NCBI GenBank assembly: GCA_964355175.1
Contig: CAYHBZ010000001.1
Coordinates: 445-64,444 of the forward strand
Origin: an uncultured Gammaproteobacteria bacterium
GTDB lineage: Bacteria; Patescibacteriota; Patescibacteriia; Magasanikbacterales; GWA2-37-8
Length of the DNA stretch: 64,000 nucleotides
Reading direction: 5' to 3'
The notes under the pieces were generated by a model. The model ran no database searches and was not told the origin of the DNA. It saw only the letters and a program-made list of their open reading frames with translations. The position numbers were made by a program, and so were the translations under genes. Shown piece after piece: positions 58,252 through 64,000 of the stretch; the stretch's first letter is position 1; each line of letters begins with the position of its first letter.

Positions 58252-59568
58252 ATGCTTACTGGATTATTTACAAAATTAGTATTGTCGATTATTTTTGGCG
58301 CAATCATCGGTTTGGAGCGTGAGGGGAGTAAACAGGGCGCCGGAGCTATTGGTGGGATGCGGACATATTCTTTGTTTGCTTTGATGGGCGCTTTGACCGG
58401 CGTATTTTTTATCCATAATTTTTCTTCTCTAGCGCTTTTGGTAGTTGGAGGGTTTTTAGTTTTATTGATTTCTTATTACATCGTTGGTTCTTCGGCCACT
58501 CATGATTTTGGTATGACCAGTGAACTGTCAGCTATAATCACTTATTTGATTGGTTTGTTATTGATGTTGGATATCATACCTTTGCAAATTACTGTCGCCA
58601 TTTTTGTCATACTAATGCTTATTTTGTCTATGAAATCTAAGACTGGCCAAATCGTGGCCGGTGTTTCTAGGCAAGAATTACAATCATTTATTAGCTACGC
58701 TATTATCGCGCTGGTGGTCTTGCCGTTTTTACCTGATGTTGCTTACAAATTAAATGATCTCCCTATCTTACCAACAATTTTACAAGGCTTAAATGTGGAT
58801 TTGGGTCAGTTTAATACTTTAGATTTAATTAATCCCAGAAAAATTTGGATGGTGGTGGTGCTGATTACCGGCATTGATGTTTTTGGATATATTTTAGGCA
58901 GGATCGTTGGAAACAAAAAAGGTTTTGCGTTGACCAGTTTTATTGCCGGTTTTATTTCTTCCACCTCTGCTACTCAATCTTTGGCGCAAAAGAGCAAAAA
59001 AACCGGTTTTGTTAATCATCTAGTTGGGGCCGCAGTTTTAGCCAACATGGCCAGTTTTTTACAAATATTTTTATTAGTCGGCCCGCTTAATCCCAAGTGG
59101 CTTATTTCAATTGCGCCCAGTATTCTAATCATGATTTTTACCGCCGGTTTGAGTGCTATGATTTTTTTGAGGAAGAAAGAACCTGAGAAACAAGAAGAAA
59201 AGGAGCAGACAAAAACCGAAAAAATATTTTCTCTCATGCCAGCTCTAAAGTTTGCTGGTATTTTAATTGTTATTAAAATTGTGACAAAAGTTTGTTTAAT
59301 TTTATTCGGAGAATCCGGCTTTGTGATCAGCTCGGTTATCGCTTCTTTTGCCGGGATAGACGCAATTTTGGTCAACTTGGCGGAAATGGCCGGTCAGACT
59401 ATTACCTTTAAATTTGCTTTTATCACTTTCTTGCTGGTTAATGCCACTAATTTGTTAAGTAAAGTAGTTTATTCTTTTTTACAGGGAGATCGACGTTTTG
59501 CTCTTAAATTTTTGGTGGCGGCTGTGTTTATTGTAGCGGCTAGTTCAGTTTGGTTATTTTTTATATAA
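58252..59568 (+). CDS. MgtC/SapB N-terminal domain fused to a DUF4010 membrane domain
   Basis: GLEREGSKQGAGAIGGMRTYSL MgtC motif; ~10 TM segments. Confidence 0.65.
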   Translation: MLTGLFTKLVLSIIFGAIIGLEREGSKQGAGAIGGMRTYSLFALMGALTGVFFIHNFSSLALLVVGGFLVLLISYYIVGSSATHDFGMTSELSAIITYLIGLLLMLDIIPLQITVAIFVILMLILSMKSKTGQIVAGVSRQELQSFISYAIIALVVLPFLPDVAYKLNDLPILPTILQGLNVDLGQFNTLDLINPRKIWMVVVLITGIDVFGYILGRIVGNKKGFALTSFIAGFISSTSATQSLAQKSKKTGFVNHLVGAAVLANMASFLQIFLLVGPLNPKWLISIAPSILIMIFTAGLSAMIFLRKKEPEKQEEKEQTKTEKIFSLMPALKFAGILIVIKIVTKVCLILFGESGFVISSVIASFAGIDAILVNLAEMAGQTITFKFAFITFLLVNATNLLSKVVYSFLQGDRRFALKFLVAAVFIVAASSVWLFFI

Positions 59569-59586
59569 TGAGAAAAATTATCATTT

Positions 59587-59838
59587 ATGACCAAAAAAGA
59601 AATTTCTTCGAGTATATTGCACAAATTGCCAACTGATTTACGAAAAGTTCTTAGTTCTGCTCCCAAGGCACTATCAGCTTGGGAGGGTATTACGCCCATC
59701 GCGCGCAATGAATGGATATGTTGGATTGAATCCGCCAAGAAACCGGAAACCAGGAGTCACCGGATCGATAGGACTCGTACGGAGCTTATGTCCGGAAAGC
59801 GTCGCCCTTGTTGCTGGCCAGGTTGTGACCATCGTTAA
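59587..59838 (+). CDS. YdeI/OmpD-associated family protein
   Basis: PTDLRKVL...ARNEWICWIESAKKPETRSHRI pattern. Confidence 0.6.
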   Translation: MTKKEISSSILHKLPTDLRKVLSSAPKALSAWEGITPIARNEWICWIESAKKPETRSHRIDRTRTELMSGKRRPCCWPGCDHR

Positions 59839-59867
59839 AATAAAAATTTCTAAGTTACATTTTAATT

Positions 59868-60296
59868 ATGTTTCATTCCATATTCAATTTTTTTGATAAG
59901 TTAGAAGATAAAGTTCGTGGGCGTTTGAGTCGTAGGCCGATTCTTTATGCGTTTGTGGGCGGTTTCGCCATCGTAATGTTTTGGCGTGGCATATGGCATG
60001 GTATGGATTATTTTATTCAATATTATTTTCATGAGTTTCCTTGGTGGGATGGTCCGCTTTCATTTTTAATTGGCACATGTGTCTTATTGATTTCGGGAAT
60101 TTTTGTGTCCACTGAAATTGGTAACGAGGTTATTATCTCCGGATTACGCGGACAAAAAAAGATTATTGAAAAAACGAAAGAAGAAATTGAGAGTGAGATG
60201 CTTTCATTTGCGGATATTCAAAAAGATTTAAAAGAATTATCGCTTCAATTAAAAAATGGCCAGCAGAAGGATAAAAAGCGTGCCAGATCAAAATAA
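59868..60296 (+). CDS. hypothetical membrane protein
   Basis: Two TM segments; Lys-rich C-terminus. Confidence 0.5.
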   Translation: MFHSIFNFFDKLEDKVRGRLSRRPILYAFVGGFAIVMFWRGIWHGMDYFIQYYFHEFPWWDGPLSFLIGTCVLLISGIFVSTEIGNEVIISGLRGQKKIIEKTKEEIESEMLSFADIQKDLKELSLQLKNGQQKDKKRARSK

Positions 60297-60370
60297 CCAT
60301 ATTTGAAATAACACCCTCGGTCATTTGACAGGGGGTGTTTTCTATTTCTCAATAAATAAGGGAGTCAAAT

Positions 60371-61021
60371 TTAAAACCAAGGAATTCCGTCTGCTGGTTT
60401 AGTAAATAACAAAGCTTTTCTGCCAGCCCTATAGTTTATTTGATCTAGATCATGGATAGCCTTCATAAAAACATCATATTTAAATCGTATCCCTTTGCCA
60501 TTTTTAAAAGCCGGATCATTTACAATAAATTCATTAGTCTTATCATCATACCCGGTAATTACCATCACATGATAGTCTGGACCGCCTTCAGCATAGTGTA
60601 AAGCCGGAGCAAATACCGGCGCGATGATAGGTTGATTTTTGGCAAGCTGTTTTTTTATATCTTCTATAGACGGATTTTCTACTACTTCTGTTTTCCACGG
60701 AAATCCTAATAGCGCGATCAACTCTGAAATTTTCTCTAGTGACTCATCCGCGCTGACTTTGAATTCTTTATTTTTAGCAGCGATTATTTCTTTAATATGC
60801 TTGATGGCCTGATCGCGTTTAATAGTATCATCAGTATAAAAGCTACTAACCATATAAATTGAAGTTTCTTCGCAAGCATTTTTCCACGGCTCAGACCAAT
60901 TGCCGGTAGGCGCTTGGGAAGTAAATGGCACATCGATATTGGTGGAAGAGGGGAATTTACCACAACCAACCATCATAGTGGTCGTAAAAAAAAGTAAAAA
61001 AGAAAACAATAATTTTTTCAT
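60371..61021 (-). CDS. lipoprotein with a C39-like (YvpB-type) cysteine peptidase domain
   Basis: Lipobox MMVGC; candidate catalytic Cys (NACEETS) and His (YHVMVITGYDD). Confidence 0.55.
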   Translation of the reverse strand: MKKLLFSFLLFFTTTMMVGCGKFPSSTNIDVPFTSQAPTGNWSEPWKNACEETSIYMVSSFYTDDTIKRDQAIKHIKEIIAAKNKEFKVSADESLEKISELIALLGFPWKTEVVENPSIEDIKKQLAKNQPIIAPVFAPALHYAEGGPDYHVMVITGYDDKTNEFIVNDPAFKNGKGIRFKYDVFMKAIHDLDQINYRAGRKALLFTKPADGIPWF

Positions 61022-61154
61022 AGGATGAGTAAATTAATTTTATATCTCCAGATAGGTCGCATAATAACTGTAGCACCTTTTATTAGAAGTGTCATTTTTG
61101 CGTCCTTGTATCTATTTTGCTATACTATATATGTTATTTATTAACCAACCTAAT

Positions 61155-61712
61155 ATGAACAAAAACATGAGATTAGGCCTGATTATTGTGGCGGTGTTGT
61201 TACTTATTAGCGGGGGAGGATATTTAATTTATAAAAATTTCAACAAAGCCCCAAAAATTATTTTGGTAAATAATTTTGAAGAATGTCTCGCCGCCGGCAG
61301 TGCGGTGATGGAGTCATATCCGCGTCAGTGTCGATATAACGGCGTTACTTTTACTGAAAATATAGGAAATGAGCTTAAGAAAGCGAATCTTATTCGCCTG
61401 AACAGTCCGCGCCCAAATCAAACAATACAAAGCCCTGTTCTTATCACCGGAGAAGCGCGCGGTGTATGGTTTTTTGAAGCCAGCTTTCCTGTCTTTCTGA
61501 CAAATTGGGACGGTTTAATAATCGCGCAAGGTATCGCCACGGCCAAAGGTGATTGGATGACAAATAATTTTGTGCCATTTGAAGCAACTCTCACATTTAT
61601 AGCGGATAAAAATGTTTATAGTAATAGAGGGACACTAATATTGCGTAAAGATAATCCTTCTGGACTTCCTCAAAATGATGACGCACTCGAAATTCCAGTG
61701 ATAATACAATAA
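61155..61712 (+). CDS. membrane-anchored Gmad2 immunoglobulin-like domain protein
   Basis: TM, then SPVLITGEARGVWFFEASFPV...NPSGLPQNDDALEIPV matching Gmad2; the ORF track starts earlier, at 61089. Confidence 0.6.
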   Translation: MNKNMRLGLIIVAVLLLISGGGYLIYKNFNKAPKIILVNNFEECLAAGSAVMESYPRQCRYNGVTFTENIGNELKKANLIRLNSPRPNQTIQSPVLITGEARGVWFFEASFPVFLTNWDGLIIAQGIATAKGDWMTNNFVPFEATLTFIADKNVYSNRGTLILRKDNPSGLPQNDDALEIPVIIQ

Positions 61713-61726
61713 TAGATAGTACAATA

Positions 61727-61762
61727 AAAAAATAATGGTTTTTGAAAACCATTATTTTTTTA
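61727..61762. terminator. bidirectional terminator hairpin
   Basis: AATAATGGTTTT/GAAAACCATTATT stem flanked by A- and T-runs. Confidence 0.7.
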
Positions 61763-61769
61763 TATCTGA

Positions 61770-61994
61770 TTAGTTGCCAGTTTGAGCAGAAGGCTGTGTG
61801 CCGCCAATTGGAGGGGTGTTTATTTCCACTTTCGTATCGGATTGTTGGTTTGGTGTTTGTTGTTGGCCGTTTTTTTGCAGAGAGGGGAGTACATAAACAA
61901 AGAAAACAATTGCCAGCCCCACCAATATAATAATAGCTACCATGGCGACCACGCTAGTGCTGTTATCGCCACTTGAATTTCCGTTTGACATCAT
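61770..61994 (-). CDS. small membrane protein, hypothetical
   Basis: 74 aa, one TM, Gln/Thr-rich tail. Confidence 0.4.
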   Translation of the reverse strand: MMSNGNSSGDNSTSVVAMVAIIILVGLAIVFFVYVLPSLQKNGQQQTPNQQSDTKVEINTPPIGGTQPSAQTGN

Positions 61995-62012
61995 ATAATT
62001 TATCTTAATAAT

Positions 62013-62261
62013 TTATTTTGCTATCGCTTTGACGATAGCGATTAGAATTACCGCTCCGATCAACGCCACCAAGAAGCTGTATAGATTGAAGCCGGTAACA
62101 GAATATTGCCCAAAGAAACTCATGAGGGCACCGCCGATCACGGCTCCGATTATACCGACCACGATATTAAGTACCAAACCCTGTGAGGCATCGGTCTTCA
62201 TAATCAGCGAGGCGATCCACCCTACTAATCCACCAAAAATTATCCATAGTATAATACCCAT
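62013..62261 (-). CDS. GlsB/YeaQ/YmgE-family small membrane protein
   Basis: MGIILWIIFGGLVGWIASLIM...NIVVGIIGAVIGG typical of the family; the upstream in-frame extension is unlikely. Confidence 0.7.
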   Translation of the reverse strand: MGIILWIIFGGLVGWIASLIMKTDASQGLVLNIVVGIIGAVIGGALMSFFGQYSVTGFNLYSFLVALIGAVILIAIVKAIAK

Positions 62262-62449
62262 ATAATTCAATTTAAGAAAAAAACTGGCCAAAGAAATGGT
62301 CAGTTTTAAATTTTGTAATTTTTCACTTTTTAAATTTATTGAGCAGGTTTGAAGTTTTATTGCCGCTTGTGCGGTTTGCTCTGCGGGCTTTATGTCGTAA
62401 GCTCTGGCCAAGCAACATAGATACCCGTCATTGCTAGTTTAAAAATGAT

Positions 62450-62560
62450 CTAAGAGCGAGTTCCGTCATCACGCTCGTCCTGACTGCCACCCTGCTGACC
62501 GCCTTGTCCACCACCCTGATCGCCGTTGCCGCCTGGAACGTTGATATTTGGAATGTACAT
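62450..62560 (-). CDS. small Gly/Gln-rich peptide (36 aa), hypothetical
   Basis: ATG-initiated MYIPNINVPGGNGDQGGGQGGQQGGSQDERDDGTRS; locally GC-rich; below the ORF-track cutoff. Confidence 0.25.
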   Translation of the reverse strand: MYIPNINVPGGNGDQGGGQGGQQGGSQDERDDGTRS

Positions 62561-62976
62561 ATAATTATAATTTAATAATTAAATTAGGCTGTACTTCGAT
62601 CCAAAGGGTATCGTGGCAATGATCGACCACCATTTAAGAATAATGGCAATGCACGCGATAGGTTGGTTTAAGCACAGGAGAAAATTTATATTGAGTAAAA
62701 CTTTCTCCTGTGCTTGAATGTATATTTTAAAAGAATAACCAGGCACCTATTTACTGTAGTCCTATAAAAAATTAGTGTCAAAGAAAAGGTGGATAACTTA
62801 AAAAAACCATTAATTTAAAACAAAAATAATAATTGATATTTTTAAAATTTAATCAAAATTATTTTTTAATAAAAAATAATTTTTGCTCATTTAGCATGTA
62901 TTCTATCCAAATAAGCAGGGATATGGTAGAGTATAAGAAGACTTTTTAAGCAGTCATATTGGTGATACGCGTTTGT

Positions 62977-64000
62977 ATGAATGAAATTTTTATTGAAATT
63001 ATTTTGATCCTAGCTCTTATTTTATTGAATGGATATTTTTCTCTTGCCGAAATAGCCCTGCTTAGCGTAAAGAAAAGTCGTTTAAAACAACTTTCTAAAT
63101 TGGGAAATAAAAAAGCTGATAACGCTTTATTTCTTATCAGAAGATCGTCGGAAATGTTGTCGGCTATTCAGATAGGAATTAGCATGATTGGAATTTTTGC
63201 TGGTGCGTTTGGTGCCGCTACGCTCGCGCAAGATTTGGCCAAACCGCTCATTAAATTTCCTTCTATCGCCGAGTATAGCGAGCCCATAAGTGTGGTAGTG
63301 ATAATAATAATTATAACTTTTCTTTCTTTAGTGATTGGCGAATTGGTTCCCAAACAAATAGCCTTGTCCAACCCGGAAAAACTTTCTTTATTGGTGGCTA
63401 ATCAAATAAAATTTATTATGGTCTCCACCACGCCGTTGGTAAAAATTTTGAGTAGATCTACCGACGCAATTTTAAAAATGTTAAAAATTAAACCCGGCAC
63501 GGAACAGCCAGTAACTGAAGAAGAGATCAGACTGCTAATAGCCGAAGGCGCTGACAGCGGGGTATTTGAAAGATCTGAACAAAGAATGGTGGAAAGTATT
63601 TTTCATCTCGGTAATCGTCCGATAAAAGATTTTATGACCGCCCGCAAAGAAGTAAAGTGGATTGATATTCATGATTCACCGGAGGCGGTGCGTGATAAAA
63701 TAGCCGGTAGTGACCGCTCTGTTTTTCCGGTTTGCGACGGGAATATTGATAATAATATCGGCGCGGTAGAAACCAAAGATTTATTGGTTCATATATTTGA
63801 TAACGGCGCCGAAAATTTTGATCTCAAATCTCTAGTTCAACCAGTAATGCATATAAATTCCGAGGTGCCATCGCTTATAGCTATAGAGCGTCTCAAACGC
63901 TCGTCCATTAGCATTGTCTTAATAACCGAAAAAGGTTCAGACAAGGTCGTGGGAATTATTAGCTTTCACGATATTCTCGAAGAAATTATCGGAGAGTTTA
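62977..64000 (+). CDS. CNNM/CorC/TlyC-family protein (DUF21 TM domain plus CBS pair), 3'-partial at the window end
   Basis: Four TM DUF21 N-terminus (LLNGYFSLAEIAL), CBS pair; no stop before position 64000. Confidence 0.8.
   Translation, partial: MNEIFIEIILILALILLNGYFSLAEIALLSVKKSRLKQLSKLGNKKADNALFLIRRSSEMLSAIQIGISMIGIFAGAFGAATLAQDLAKPLIKFPSIAEYSEPISVVVIIIIITFLSLVIGELVPKQIALSNPEKLSLLVANQIKFIMVSTTPLVKILSRSTDAILKMLKIKPGTEQPVTEEEIRLLIAEGADSGVFERSEQRMVESIFHLGNRPIKDFMTARKEVKWIDIHDSPEAVRDKIAGSDRSVFPVCDGNIDNNIGAVETKDLLVHIFDNGAENFDLKSLVQPVMHINSEVPSLIAIERLKRSSISIVLITEKGSDKVVGIISFHDILEEIIGEF

Noticed and set aside
63168-63371. 67-aa minus-strand ORF
   Set aside because: It is antisense to the clear CNNM/CorC-family gene that runs to the window end.
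1-64000. CRISPR arrays and rRNA genes
   Set aside because: No regularly spaced direct repeats with unique spacers were seen, and no rRNA-like conserved segments. The repeats found are short hairpins and inverted repeats, not CRISPR.

Overview
This 64 kb window is AT-rich (roughly 38-40% GC), compact and gene-dense. The gene content fits a small-genome bacterium, plausibly CPR/Patescibacteria-like; that assignment is an inference from gene content.

Housekeeping loci:
- A heat-shock cluster preceded by a CIRCE operator: hrcA, a Nudix-GrpE fusion, hsp20, queF, dnaK, a hypothetical gene and dnaJ.
- Two parallel ECF sigma / membrane anti-sigma / small secreted protein modules.
- rnhA, murA, ctpA, era, rplI, pyrG, pilT and cca.
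- A HlyD-MacB-FtsX-FtsX efflux operon flanked by short hairpin repeats.
- ribB, dnaG, rpoD (with a lysine-rich N-terminal tail) and murG.
- A translin-like gene, a Mur ligase, ftsB-like, prsA-like and ftsEX.
- A copper cluster: csoR with a candidate operator, an HMA-permease-cupredoxin fusion, and copA.
- Five tRNAs (Lys-UUU, Gly-CCC, Thr-CGU, Gln-UUG, Asn-GUU), two of them behind exact TTGACA-N17-TATAAT promoters.

The main accessory feature is an integrated element of roughly 8 kb inserted at tRNA-Asn. It carries:
- a large serine recombinase whose 3' end overlaps the tRNA;
- a phiX-like rolling-circle Rep (HUH and YxxKY motifs);
- a membrane-anchored DUF559/Vsr-like endonuclease;
- a two-gene cassette of a MORC-like GHKL ATPase plus an unknown membrane protein, which is a candidate novel defence or cargo system;
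- a high-GC sub-insert bounded by ~45-bp direct repeats.

Other oddities:
- A second high-GC (~58%) island between ribB and dnaG.
- A 184-nt perfect-armed palindromic element between rpoD and murG, which could be a 6S-like RNA or a MITE.
- A GC-rich multi-hairpin element with a tRNA-like 3' end, lying opposite tRNA-Lys.

No CRISPR array or rRNA is present.
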